This document shows positions 49,122 to 61,491 of a DNA stretch of 64,000 nt, piece by piece (within the stretch, counting starts at the first letter, position 1; each line of letters opens with the position of its first letter). The notes under the pieces were generated by a model that searched no databases, was not told the origin of the DNA, and saw only the letters and a program-made list of their open reading frames with translations. The stretch is from assembly GCA_010093815.1 (NCBI GenBank), contig ML996574.1. One strand, written 5' to 3'. The DNA is from Pseudovirgaria hyperparasitica (Eukaryota). The translations under genes and the position numbers were made by a program.

Positions 49122-50915
49122 CTATTTCGGCGGAACGGATTCATCGCCCACCGGCTCCGCGGCTTGATGCCCCTTATGCGTCGAGCTTCCTCCGGCCAAT
49201 CCTTTCAAGTGCTCCATCTTACTCTGGCCCTTCATCGCGGCGTCTTTCTTGACGCGAGACAGGAGGTTCTGATCGCGCTCTTCGCCGTCCCTCTCCTGCT
49301 GCTCGAGAGCCTCCTCGTCACTGCTACTCGTGCTGCTTGAGCGGCTCAGCTGGGTGAAGACGATGTGGTCACCCTCACGCTTCTTGCGCTCGCGCTGCTC
49401 GTCTTTCATGCGCTGCATGCGGTCGGCGTCTTTCTGGCAGTCGAGCGTGACGACGTGCAGGCCGGGGAGGTTGTGGTGCAGGAATTCCTTGAGCTTGGGC
49501 AGGGTTGCGGCGTTGGGGCGGTATGTGCCGGAGTCGTTGTCGATGACGAGTTCGTAGTAGGACGGGTCTGTGGGTGGGTCTTCGTCGGGCGGTCCGCCGT
49601 CGATGTCGTTGGGTGGGTGAGAGGTGTTCTCGCCGCCTTCTTCAGGTGGCGCACGATTGCGGTGCTTGAGGCGACGAATGAAAAATTCGCCGCTGAAGGC
49701 GATGTAGATGCTCACGTCGCTGTGCATGGTGTGCTTGCTAAGCATGTCGACGCCGAACTCCTTGCCGGTTTCGGTGAAGCGAAGGAGGGAGTCGAGAGTG
49801 AGAACGTAGGTATATATCCTGCCGCCGTTGTCAAAGTGGACTAACTCGAGGAATTTCTGGGTGATGGATTTTTTATCCGGTAGTATTCCGTATACTGTGG
49901 AGCGATCGAAATTGTAGACACGAGCATGCTGATGATGGAGTGCTTTGTTGAAAAGGAAACCCATGAAACCCTTCTTGGTGAAGCCTGACTTTATGAGTGG
50001 TCGGAATTCGACATATCTGTGGTATAGCTCATCCGGCACAGGGCCTTCGAGTTGCAATTGATTTGCTTGGAAGCTGTTCCTGTATTAGCACTTTTCAAAA
50101 ACTCAAGCTGGTTCATGTCGCACTTACTTGTATCTTTGAGCTTTCGGTTTAATGTTATTTTCAGTCAAGTCTCGGGACTCTTTCCGATTGGCTATCCTTC
50201 CAAGTAATGGAGAGTAGTGTTTCGTGAACCAGTTAGGACGTAGCGTATAGCACTTCCCACCACTTTCACCTGGCGTCTTGCCTAACATCTCAATGCTTAT
50301 ATAGAGATACCCGTTTATATGTTTCTGCTGGCTTATACATACAGCTATCCAACGTATGAGATATGCACGCTTGCTACCCATGCGCTTCCTAAGCTTGTAT
50401 CCGTGATCTTTGATACCCTCCCAGTGTTCGTCCAAGGGCGGAATTGTAACATGTACATTTCCGAGCCGGTCGTCATGATCAGCCGGATCCTCGTCGTAGA
50501 GGCGAGCCTTCAGTATGGCACCCGATGCAGGTACGTTTGCGACGACCCATTCAAAGTTCCACACTGGGTCGCATTCTTTCCGGACAGTGAAAGAGCGCAT
50601 ACGCAAGGGTGGATCCTCTTTATGGCGTGTCTGCAGCCCGGTATTGAGCTGTGCAAGCACATATGGATCTGAGGAAAAGCTGCTGTAGTCGGCCATGGGG
50701 AGATTCTTCGCGCGGTGGAATGTTATCTTAAGGGTGTAGCCTGGCGGCGCATAAGGGACTGGCGTATCATCGAAACCGCCTTCAGGCTGCCCTTCCTCAG
50801 AGCTCTTCTTCGCGCTCTCCGACTCTTTCTCGCCTTTGCCATCACCTCCTCCTTGTTGCGACTGCTCTCGGGTTGCGCCATATGGCGCAAGCTTCTCGTT
50901 GTCCGCTGCAGACAT
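49122..50915 (-). CDS. Fungal C2-domain protein
   Basis: LKITFHRAKNLPMAD..SSDPYV, ARLYDEDPADHDDRLG; intron 50127-50074; C-terminal FTETGKEFGVDMLSKHTMHS, FSGEFF, DNDSGTYRP. Confidence 0.88.
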
Positions 50916-52214
50916 TGGGCCTATGCAGTAGTCCTACGGCCTTTGTTCGGAGTTCGACGGTTAGAGCGCTGCGGAGCACGGTAGGACAATGTATGGAGTG
51001 CGAGGAGATACCAGGAAGACAGTGACACAACACATGCGACACAGTATAAGAGCGCCTGGGGTCTGGAAATTAGGCGCACAACAACTCAGCTCAGAACGAG
51101 CCGCAGCAGCAGGAAGCAGGAAGCGGTGGATGAAATGAGGGCTGGGAGCGGCTTATGAGTAACCAAGCATTTCTAGCCCCTTGGCAAAAAGGCTTGTCGA
51201 AAATCCGCTCCTTGACGCTTGATGATTGATCGCCTTGATGCATGCACGATACGTAGCTCGATCTGCACGCAATCCATCTCTGGAGCCTATCGTTTGCGAG
51301 GAGTCTGCCGACAGGTTTACCGGCGAGTGTACTGCCGAGTCCATACACACATCTGTCTCTTGGCAATGGAGCTCGTGCAATCAACACGCAGGTCCCACCT
51401 CATGCCGTCAATCCGTTCCAGTGAGACAAAAGTGAGAAAAGCTATTGAGGTAGAAAGGTCTGTGCGAACGAGGGTATGAGCGTTAAGCTTTCTTCCATAC
51501 CATGTATCTATTTGACGCGTAAAAACCGGTATATGATAGTCCAAATACTGAGGTAGCCCACCACTTCCAAACACACTAAGTGGAGTAGTATTGACGTAGA
51601 TTCATACTAATCTGATACTCGTAAGCCGTTTTCTTCCAGGAGAAAGGAGCCTGACTGCTCGTCTATCCTTACCTCTTGTACTTAAGGTCGCTTGGACATG
51701 CAGCAACAATCAAGACCGTAGATGCAGAAACGTTTTTGGGCCTATTCATTCACTGTTTCTTGCACCAGCTGACTCGCGAGGATATGCGTAGTGCATTCCC
51801 TACAACCTCTTTATTGGTACACTATCAGACCTGACGTACACCCAATGCTAGCGAGGAACGCTTAAGTGGGCTACGCACCGGTGCGATGTTCCGAGAATCG
51901 GGTCCAGGTCGCTGCACTATGTATTCCTTTATTATGAAAAGAACGCTTTGATAACAGTAGGATTACTAACAGGAGTCACAAAGATAATATAATAATCTTA
52001 GTTTAGCATCCCAGCATCCGAAATCGGTCACAGCAGTTACACATGGATTACCCGATGCGGCCTGCACCTGCACTTGACCCACATATCACCGAACCGAGCC
52101 GTTCTCCGTAAGCACTCTGAGGTCAACACGCAATAACAGTCATACACAGCATTTTTGCAAGACCCAAGTTCAGTACAGCACACCAACCAACCCCTCATTA
52201 CCTGCTATGTGACA

Positions 52215-53137
52215 ATGGGCGCCTTCTTCCAAACCATCCCCAAAAACCTCATATCATGGATCCTAGAGCAGAAAGTCTTCTGGATCGGCTCCGCCCCGCT
52301 CTCGGGCGATGGCCACATCAACGTATCGCCCAAGGGCGGCATGTACTTTGGTGTCATTGACGAGAAGACATTCTGGTACTGCGATCTCACCGGCTCCGGC
52401 GTCGAGACCACAAGTCACCTGCACGAGCCAGGAAACGGTCGGATCTGCGTGTTATTCAATGCTTTCGATGGGCCCCCAAGAATCGTACGGTTATGGGGCA
52501 AAGGTGGGTGCGGACTGTGATTACGACGACCAAGATGCTTTTGTTGATAGAGGCGAGGGTCTGATTGTTTTTGACAGGCAACGTCCTGGAGTACGGCAGC
52601 TCTGAATTCAAGGCGTTCGTCGCGAAACACGATGTGAAGACTATCCCAGGCGTGCGATCCATCATTGTTGTTGATATACACCAAGTAAGCCCGAGACTTT
52701 CTTCATTTGAACGTTCTCTATCTTTGCGTCGATCTTATTGATCATTCAAGGTCGGATCGTCGTGTGGCTTCTCCGTGCCCACGTACAACTTCAAAGACTT
52801 CCGCACCACCTTGAACGAGTTCGCAGAGAAGCGCTTGAAATCCGACGAAGAAGGAAACACTAAAGATGGAATGGAGAGGTATTGGGCTCATAAGAATGCT
52901 TACAGTATGGATGGCCTTCCTGGTCTACAACGTGGTTATCAGACCCTCGTTCGTGATAAAGTCGCTCCGATCAAGAAAATGGTTGGTCCATACGCACCAA
53001 CCGCACCCCGAAGACCTCCAAGAGGGGTACACCCGGTGTGGTTAATCATAGTTGCAATGTTCAGTTTCATCGTCGGCATCTTGATGCCAGTCTGGTTCCC
53101 AGTATCGCAGAGGATGGTCTGGAAAAGAGGGGTGTAG
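52215..53137 (+). CDS. Pyridoxamine 5'-phosphate oxidase-like FMN-binding protein with C-terminal TM segment
   Basis: MGAFFQTIP..WILEQKVFWIGSAPL..GHINVSPKG, DLTGSGVETTSHL.EPGNGRI..FNAFDGPPRIVRLWG, VGSSCGFSVP, YWAHKNAYSMDGLP; introns ~52504-52577 and ~52685-52750. Confidence 0.88.
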
Positions 53138-53478
53138 TTGGGGGTAGGAGTCTCACTTTCACCTGTTATACTCGACGTAGGACTTGATCACAACCGTTTT
53201 CGATGAGCCTACATACCCCTGAGCTCGAATATGTGCTCACTTGGCTGGTTATTGATACTGTCATTACTGACTGAAGTTCGAAAGTTGGACAAATAAAATC
53301 TGTATTTTATCCATACATCATGCAAAAACCTACATAAGCGAATATGCCAGCCATCTACGCTGGCAGTAACTAGATCGCAATGCCGCTGCAAATGTCCTAC
53401 TCTGCTGGGCTGTTCGCTCTCTTACCACCAAGCTCAATCGCCGCAAAAAAAACAATACATCATCGAGGAGTGCGTTAT

Positions 53479-56159
53479 CTAATCGTCCATGGGCTTATCC
53501 TCTAGTTGGACACCGATAGGTCGCTGAGAATCATCACCCAAGCTACCTGCGCTATCGCGATTGGCAACACGAGCAAGACCGCCCTGCTTCAAAGAACCAG
53601 CACGGGGAAATCGTGTGGAGCGACTGATGGAATCGCGTTTTGACACGCTCGAGTCTTCGGTGGTTGAATTTCCATTAGCTGGAGGCGCAGCTCCGTTCGT
53701 GGCAATAGGGGAGGCCTCAACACTTCCGGGTACCTCAAGTGAGTGGCGATGCGCTGCATCTTGACGCCTGCCGACTATAGGGCTTGTCTGGATGGGGAAC
53801 CTAGTTTCAGGTCCCCCTACGCTCCTGTCACGTCTGTGCGTAGATGGCCTTGAGCCAGGAGCGGGACTGCTAGCACGAGATCGACTTGCAATGGCTCTTT
53901 GTCGCTCTTCCATATTGGCACGTCGATTGCTCTCATCTGTACTAGGTCCTCGAGGACGAGTCGTGATAGCTGCTGAGTGTGCTTGAGTCAAAGACGAAGC
54001 ACGCTTCAGTTCCCCGAATATCGCCTCCTTATGTGCAAAGAGGTCGCGCAGAAGTCTGTACGCGTAGCGCTCATGCATTGTCAAAGGCGATTCTTGTCGC
54101 GGCCTCAAAATGCATGGTGCTAGATTCTGAGCAATCATCGAAACATATGTCTCGCCTGCAGACGTGAGCTCGATCAGACGCGTGAAATGGGTGGTGATAG
54201 CATCTAGAGTGGCGATATTGGCCAGACGTAGCTGACCCAGTGTTGACTGGATAACAGAGATACGAGTATCTTCCGAGGCATCTGCCGCTGTAGTGGAAGA
54301 GTAAATAGTCTTGACAATCTCATAGACGTGGGAAGAAACGAGCGAATCTGGAAATGTTAGAATTTCAGCGACTGACTATTAGGCTGACTCACCAGGTAGT
54401 TCGAGCAGATATAACTTAAGAACGCTTGCAACAACTGGGATTTCATAGTTTTCGAGAATTTCGTGGGGGAAAGGCTTCCCAGTGTTGATTTGCGCACGGA
54501 GATGGTGAGATGAAGCAAGAGGAACATCGGCAAGCCAGATAGCTCGTCGCGCATCATCACCTTCCAGCTCAGGATAGTGATTGTCTAGGTAGGTCAGAAG
54601 CGTTGTGACAATGATGGGAACACGTTTCCTGTCCGATCGTGCTCTCGCTTCAAGATCAACGCCAAAAGTATGTTCGTCGACCGAGTTGTAATAATTCTCG
54701 TAGGTCGTGACCTTCGGTACAAATTGCCCGGTTTGGTAGCTTTCGATCAGGTATCGTAAATCGCCGAACGGTTGTACAGTCTCTTGAAAGAGCATCATCT
54801 TGTCGACAGTGCTCTGTAGACTTGGGATGACGTTGCTGACAGCCCCTGAGAAGTCTAGAATGACAGACTTGATCGCCTTTAGTCGATCAAGCTCACAGCG
54901 TTCCATAAATTTCAGATGGTCGATCATGGCTTCCTCGAGGTTGCAACGTAAGGAATCAAGTTTCCTGACTGAAGCCTTGTATCTCTCATCGGACTCTCGC
55001 GCCTCGCGCCGCAGCTTTTCTGACGGTGTTTCGTTTGGATATGGGTTGTTCAGGGGGTTCCATCCTTGGAGATACTCTGAGACCGCACCAACTGGAGAGT
55101 CAATGCTGTCTTGCGACATGACGGTGGTAGAACGAGACAATACCTGTTTCCTCTCCGGTATGCCGGTCAGTTGAAACACCTTGGTCTTCCATTGGTAGTT
55201 CATTCTAGAGCTGTTTGCAAAGGTGTTACCGACATTGCCAATGAGTCTCAAGAAGCCATTATTGACCATGTCTTGACCAATGCGCTCTGCATAGCTTACA
55301 CTGCTCGCGTTCATGTGCTTTTGAATGTATTCAGTGATGTCGGCTCCGTTCGAGACATTCTGGTAGGTACCGAGAATGGGGACCTTAACTTCGCCGATCT
55401 TGATGTTATCCAGCATATGGGTGAGAATCTTTTTGATATGTTCAGGTACATAGGTCTCATCACCTATCTCCACGGGCTCATCCTCGATTTCTGGCTCCGA
55501 AACAGTCAAGGCAGGTGCTTTTAGCTTCGGGCTCGCTGCTTCATTCTTCGGATCCTGAAATGCAAGCTTGTCCTCCTCTTCAAGGTCTTCTACAAGTCGA
55601 CACTTGTTGTAGTACTGACTGCGAAACTTGCGGACAGATTCAGCTTGTCGATCGTGGAGCTTGGATCTGTTTTGGAGGTCGTCCTGGGAGTTCTGTACGC
55701 GCGCGGCATGCGCCTCACACCATCGGCTGAATGGGTTTATAACAAGCTCCCGGATGTTTGATGCGATCTTTTTATGACTTTGAGAAGCAGCTTCCATCTC
55801 AGTGCGAACACCCTCGTAAGCCTAGGACGCCACATTAGCATATTCTGACTGCTGTGATACACACTGCCTACATACCTTGCGTACGCTAGCGCCCTCATCT
55901 CGTTGAAAGCCGCCGCTTATGTTGTCTGTCGCTGATGTGATCGTACCAAGTTTGTTGCCGTAGAGCTCTTCGGCGTCGGCCCTCAGTCGCGCAATCGTCA
56001 AAACCTGTTGATTCTCCTGAACACCTTGTTGAAGCTTCCCAAACAACACTCCAAGGCCTGCAATCCGTTGTCAGCTTCATCATACGCCGCACGCAGCCTG
56101 CTCTTCTTACCTCCAGCATAGTCGCCAGACCAGAAAGAACTCGAGAAGCTGGACGCCAT
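53479..56159 (-). CDS. Rho GTPase-activating protein with F-BAR and DEP domains (Rgd2/Rga8-like)
   Basis: MASSFSSSFWSGDYAGG, LFGKLQQGVQEN (F-BAR), AERIGQDMVNNGFLRLIG (DEP), FGVDLE..VPIIV, VASVLKLYLLELP, ATLDAITTHFTRL (RhoGAP); multi-exon. Confidence 0.92.
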
Positions 56160-56750
56160 TATGAATTACGGCTGTTCACACGTCGCCAGAACGAATGTAA
56201 GAGGAAAATTTGGGTAGTAGTTGCAAAAATTCGTGTCGTAGGCCAAAGGAGAGCGTGTTCAGTTCTGGACCCTGGCTGAAGTTGAAGGGGCTGCTGGGCT
56301 AGGCAAACGGCAGCTGGAGGGCCTTGTACCACAATCTGTGACAGACTAGCAGCAGCACACGGATGCGAAAGACTATTAGAGTCAGGACGCTCTTCGTTTG
56401 ATAAGATTCACGACGCTCAAAGGATCATAAAGTAGCTCAGAGAAGTACACGGGTGCCCGTATCATTGGTATTCCCCGGCTCTTACGCAAGCGAGAGGTAG
56501 AGACCTTCGCCCAGAATAGACACTTGCTGCTGCGGCTGACCGGGATTATGGTTCAGACCGGAGCCAGCGCTAAACGAAGGAAAGCGCGCGTCCGGCCCCC
56601 GCCACGTTCCTGCTTCAAAAGTTGTCGAGTCTATGACAGGCGTACCTGTGATAGCGGATCGAGCTTCGGAGCATTCTTGAACACCTATATACGCCCTATG
56701 GGGATTTCTTCCACGACGTTTCCTTTGCACTTCGCGGTGCGATCAACGGG

Positions 56751-58049
56751 ATGGGTAGACCCTCCATGAACCAAGGGCTTGCCTTCGACTTGGGAAACGA
56801 GTCCACGTTCAACAAATCTAAGCATGTGCTCTACTGGAAACGATGCCTCAAGACCTTCCTGCCGCAACCGTACACTAGCAATGATTCAAATCGCATGCTG
56901 CTTGCCTTCTTCATAATCTCAGCTCTAGATCTACTGGGTGCATGGAACGATACCTCTGCGGAAGAGAAGGAAGGATACGTACAATGGATCTACAACTGCC
57001 AGCATCCAGAGGGGGGCTTTCGAGGGTTCCCAGGTACTGATCTTGGGGAACAAACGACAACGGAGAATAAAGTCTGGGATCCCGCGAACTTGCCGGCAAC
57101 ATATCTGGCTATTGCCTCCTTACTGGTCTTAGGAGACGACCTCACTCGAATGAAGAGAAAGGAATGTCTGCAATGGCTCAATAAGCTCCAGAGACCGGAC
57201 GGAAGCTTTGGAGAGACTTTAGGTGAGAATGGAAAGGTAGAGGGCGGGATGGACACGCGCTTTGGGTACTCAGCAGCTGTAGTGCGCTGGATGCTACGGG
57301 GTTGGACTTCAGGTAACGTCCTCGACGTTCCTGACATTCGTGTCCTTCAGCTCGTAGACTGCATACACACTTCGCAGAGCTACGATGGGGGTATATCCGA
57401 AGCGCCCTTCCATGAATCGCATGCTGGACTCACGTATTGCGCCATTTCCGCTCTCTACTATCTTGACCACCTCCCTCCAAAGTCGTTCCGTGGTCTTGCA
57501 GAGCCCGAGCGAACAATACATTGGCTGGTCTCCAGGCAGACCATGACCCTAGACGAGGAAGACGAATTTGACACGAATAATGATGAAACTGATACCCCTG
57601 AGACATGTCATGACGCACACTCTTTCGTAAAGCTACGATCATACCCTTCGACGCAAGGCGAGCTGTCTGCCGCAGGACAGCCAACATCACACTTCCACAC
57701 GCAATGGGCTGGGTTTAATGGGCGAAGTAACAAGATCGCAGACACATGTTACGCATTCTGGGCGGGCGGGGCATTAGCTGTGCTGGGCAAATTCGACCTC
57801 ATCGACAAATCCGCCGCCCGAAGGTATTTACTTGACAAGACACAACATATAATCGGTGGGTTTGGGAAGCTTGCAGGCGATCCGCCAGATATATTCCATT
57901 CATACATGGGTCTTGCGTTCTTGGCGATTAACGGTAAGGATGGTCTGAAAAGCTTCTCGCCAGCATTATGCGCAAGTCAAGATACAGTGCGTCACCTTGA
58001 ATCTCTACCGTGGCGGCAGGATATAGTCAATTCCAATACCACTTTATGA
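56751..58049 (+). CDS. CDC43: Geranylgeranyltransferase type I beta subunit
   Basis: KHVLYWKRCL..LPQPYTSNDSNRM, QHPEGGF, QRPDGSF, SQSYDGG, ESHAGLTYCA, GRSNKIADTCYAFW, PDIFHSYMGL; the start could be ATG 56766. Confidence 0.9.
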   Translation: MGRPSMNQGLAFDLGNESTFNKSKHVLYWKRCLKTFLPQPYTSNDSNRMLLAFFIISALDLLGAWNDTSAEEKEGYVQWIYNCQHPEGGFRGFPGTDLGEQTTTENKVWDPANLPATYLAIASLLVLGDDLTRMKRKECLQWLNKLQRPDGSFGETLGENGKVEGGMDTRFGYSAAVVRWMLRGWTSGNVLDVPDIRVLQLVDCIHTSQSYDGGISEAPFHESHAGLTYCAISALYYLDHLPPKSFRGLAEPERTIHWLVSRQTMTLDEEDEFDTNNDETDTPETCHDAHSFVKLRSYPSTQGELSAAGQPTSHFHTQWAGFNGRSNKIADTCYAFWAGGALAVLGKFDLIDKSAARRYLLDKTQHIIGGFGKLAGDPPDIFHSYMGLAFLAINGKDGLKSFSPALCASQDTVRHLESLPWRQDIVNSNTTL

Positions 58050-58071
58050 TGTGGCCATCTCCTTTCATTGC

Positions 58072-59862
58072 TCACTTTTCGCCATCGTCCTCACTATCTA
58101 CCCCATTCGTCTCAGCTTCCACAGGACTAGTCCTGGATATGTCGAATACCCATATAGCAGGTTTGCCTCCCGTCTGTTTAGTCCAGCGCCCCAATCTATG
58201 CTCCGGACCCACAGCTGCGACGACACACATTCCATCCTTCCCCCTATCACCTCGTTCGAAAACGGACAGGTCGTTGATTATGCCACTGATAGGACCAGTC
58301 TGTTCTCCGATAACAGGAACATTTAGGTCGACCTTCCCTATCACGCCAACTGCTTCGATTTTCATGCCTTTCCCACCTCGTTCACCTTCTGTGACCCTCC
58401 AGCATCGTATCCATCCATCCCAACTGCCAGTAAGCAGGAGGTCCGAGTACGGTATAGCTCGCATGGCAGTGATGTACCGGGGCTGCGGCTCCGCTTCTAC
58501 CTTCTGCATACTTTCATCTATCTCGGCAGAAACTTCACCGGGTGTAAGTTTTGGTTCTACACCATGTGCTAACGGTAGCACAAAGATTGGTTTCTTCTTC
58601 TGTATCTGCCACAGGGATAAAGATCCATTTGATGAACCGGTGACAAACATGTCATGTGAGAGGAGAGCGACGCGGTCGATTGTGTTCTCGGCATACGATT
58701 TGGGCTCATCAATCTCCATCTCCTCAAAGGCAGATCCATTCATTCTGCTTTTATGTTTCCCTTTTTTGGAATCCCGCACGCCAACACCTCTGAAGAGCAG
58801 CTGTTGTTCCTCGACAACTTTCCATAACCTTGCAGTACGGTCGCGAGCTCCGACTGTGACACATTTCTCTTCCGCTAAAGCGCCCACGTCAATGACTTCG
58901 TCCTGGTGGCCAAACAAGGTCTCGATGTAGGCTAATTCGTCCAGGCTCCACACTTTGACAGACCGGTCTGACGATGCGGAAAAGAGCTGATTCGTGCCTC
59001 TCCGGAAAGCCAGGCTGTTGACAGCACCACGATGATGCGTGAAGCATTTCAATGGGTGCATTGTTGCAGTGTCCCATATCACCAATCTATGATCCTTACC
59101 ACCTGTTGCAAGATATTTGCCGTCAGGGGAGCATGCTGCGCAAAGTATGGCATTCGTGTGGCCTTGATATTTGTGATCCTTGTCTCTTGACCGCTGACCT
59201 CTCACGAAATGCCGCTGAATGGGTTTTCGAAGCACAAAGGGCTGTCGCTTCGATTTCGCAGCCCCATTAATCCCGTTGATCTCTTCCTTGTGTATGGTAT
59301 TGTTTGGAAGCTCCCACTTTACGATCATCATATCTTTGCTGACGGTATACGCCCACTTCCCGTCTGCACTTGTGGCTACACCAGTCAAACTCTTGAATTC
59401 CTTCCGTGCTTTTGTATGTTGTGCATTCTCGAAGTCATAGTCTCCGGCGATACGTCGATAGACTTTCCCTTTACCCTCAGCAACGTCTTCCTTCAATCGT
59501 GCGTCGACCAAGCCTCTACGTTCCTCAAGCAGCTCTTCATCGATATCTGCAGCATCGAAGCCGACATTCGCAACTTCCTCTTTTATATTCTCAAGATATT
59601 GCTCTGCTAACCGCAATCGTTTCTCGGCCGCTGTCTCATTCTCGATCGACGATGTGTCGCTCTCGTTACCATTGTCGCCAGCGGATACGTTTGAGACCTC
59701 TGATTCAGCATCTGACACAGAGTCGTCTCGCTCCTTGCGAGACTTCGTCGAGGGGCGAGTTGTAGAAGAAGAGGATATGCGTTTTTTGGGTGCCGGAGCT
59801 AGACTGCGATCTTCTCGTTTCCGTTTCCGCTCAGAGGCCGGCTTGGTGAAGAAACTAGACAT
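58072..59862 (-). CDS. RRP9: U3 snoRNP WD40 protein Rrp9
   Basis: MSSFF.., ETAAEKRLRLAEQYL, WD repeats, LAYIETLFGHQD, VGARDRTARLWKV, C-terminal GPEHRLGRW; intronless. Confidence 0.95.
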   Translation of the reverse strand: MSSFFTKPASERKRKREDRSLAPAPKKRISSSSTTRPSTKSRKERDDSVSDAESEVSNVSAGDNGNESDTSSIENETAAEKRLRLAEQYLENIKEEVANVGFDAADIDEELLEERRGLVDARLKEDVAEGKGKVYRRIAGDYDFENAQHTKARKEFKSLTGVATSADGKWAYTVSKDMMIVKWELPNNTIHKEEINGINGAAKSKRQPFVLRKPIQRHFVRGQRSRDKDHKYQGHTNAILCAACSPDGKYLATGGKDHRLVIWDTATMHPLKCFTHHRGAVNSLAFRRGTNQLFSASSDRSVKVWSLDELAYIETLFGHQDEVIDVGALAEEKCVTVGARDRTARLWKVVEEQQLLFRGVGVRDSKKGKHKSRMNGSAFEEMEIDEPKSYAENTIDRVALLSHDMFVTGSSNGSLSLWQIQKKKPIFVLPLAHGVEPKLTPGEVSAEIDESMQKVEAEPQPRYITAMRAIPYSDLLLTGSWDGWIRCWRVTEGERGGKGMKIEAVGVIGKVDLNVPVIGEQTGPISGIINDLSVFERGDRGKDGMCVVAAVGPEHRLGRWTKQTGGKPAIWVFDISRTSPVEAETNGVDSEDDGEK

Positions 59863-60246
59863 CTTGCGACTTGAACTAATCAAGTACTGCCACGGGTACC
59901 TGTGGCTTCAAGAGAGGGAAAGTGCCGCTGCAGAGGAAAATCACAGCATCGTCCACACACACGAGAAGGCATTCTCTCCCTCCCAAAAAAATGTTGCTGA
60001 TCTCTAAGAAAACTTGGCGCGCTAGTCTGGCGTGTCCGGCGTTTCGCCGTGCGTTGCATGTCCAAGCTCCATCCATTGCGGAAGGCAGCTCGAGACCGCG
60101 TCGACTTCATACCTACCTGCTTGGATATCACATCACATCTGCCCTTTGACTTGACCTTACCATATCCTCCTCATCTACCGCCTACTTCAAAACTTGCCCA
60201 CCCTTGACCTCTCCTCGCTGTTTCTCCGCACACACACCAGTTCAAA

Positions 60247-60987
60247 ATGTATACTATCATCCTATCCGCCGTAGCTATAAAACAGCAGCAGCAGCAGCAT
60301 CAAGCTTACAATACTACAGGGAGGTCCTCCTAGGTATTACCGGCAAGGACTTCACCATCATAGCCGCCTCCAAAGGCGCCATGCGAGGCGTCACAATCCT
60401 CAAAGCAACCGACGACAAAACCAGAGAGCTCAACAAGCGAACACTAATGGCCTACTCCGGCGAGGCAGGCGACACAGGCAAGTTTTTGCAATCCATCCCA
60501 GCCGGGCATGCATGTCCTAACATCCCCGGAAACAGTCCAATTCGCAGAATACATCCAAGCCAACATCCAGCTCTACTCGATGCGCAACGGCATGCACCTC
60601 TCGCCCGCCGCAACGGCCGAGTTCGTCCGCGGCGAGCTCGCCCGCGCCCTGCGCTCCCGCCACCCGTACACGGTCAACCTCCTGCTCGGCGGCTACGACG
60701 ACATCTCGGACCGGCCCACGCTGTACTGGTGCGACTACCTGGCGTCGCTGGCGCCGCTGCCCTACGCGGCGCACGGCTACGCCCAGTACTACTGCCTGTC
60801 CATCCTCGACAAGCACCACCACCCGGACATTGACTTTGCAAAGGGCATGCAGATCCTGCGCATGTGCACGGATGAGCTGAAGAGGAGGATGCCGATTGAC
60901 TTCAAGGGGATGACGGTCAAGGTGATTGCGAAGGATGGCATTCGGGAGGAGGAGTATGTTGATGATAAGCCGGTGCCGTGTGCGTGA
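60247..60987 (+). CDS. PRE1: 20S proteasome subunit beta-4
   Basis: AT|G start split by intron 60249-60319; MEVLLGITGKDF, GEAGDT|VQFAEYIQAN (GC-AG intron 60478-60535), PYTVNLLLGG, DYLASL..PYAAHGY, ELKRRMPIDF. Confidence 0.95.
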
Positions 60988-61491
60988 GTGGGGAAAGGGG
61001 GGGGGGAGGTGCATGTGAGGGGAACGGCATGGCGTGGAGGCAGATAGATGAACGCTGAATGTGTGCGTGTAGCATATATTGAATGTTTGGCAGCACAGGT
61101 AGCATCGGCGTCAGTCATATCATGAGCGAACTGGCCAAACCCCCTGAAAAAAAGTGCCCCTGCCCCCACAGTACTTCTCACCCACAATTGCTGACCAGCA
61201 CATGACCCCATCATCTGTACAACCCGAAGAAAACCGAGAGGAGTATCATGTTTCTTGCTAATCTCATATATAAGCTACAGCGTATTATTATTCGCCATAC
61301 GGGGTATCCGAATACACCTGGCAAATGCAGCTCCTCGCTCCCATCCATGTAAAAAAATTACGCACTCCGAGATGCAATCCATCAAAGTCAAAGCAGTCCC
61401 GTCATCATATCACATCGCGTCATAACTAAAAATTCCCAGCTAAAAAGGGGGAGAGGGGGGGTAGGGGGGGCCCGCTGCTATCTGCCTGCTA

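Noticed and set aside
58010..58930. 306-aa + strand ORF
   Set aside because: Antisense shadow of RRP9 with no recognisable motifs; explained by the codon structure of the real gene.
61446..61470. G-rich tract (possible G-quadruplex)
   Set aside because: Only three G-runs; homopolymer tracts are common in fungal 3'-UTRs.
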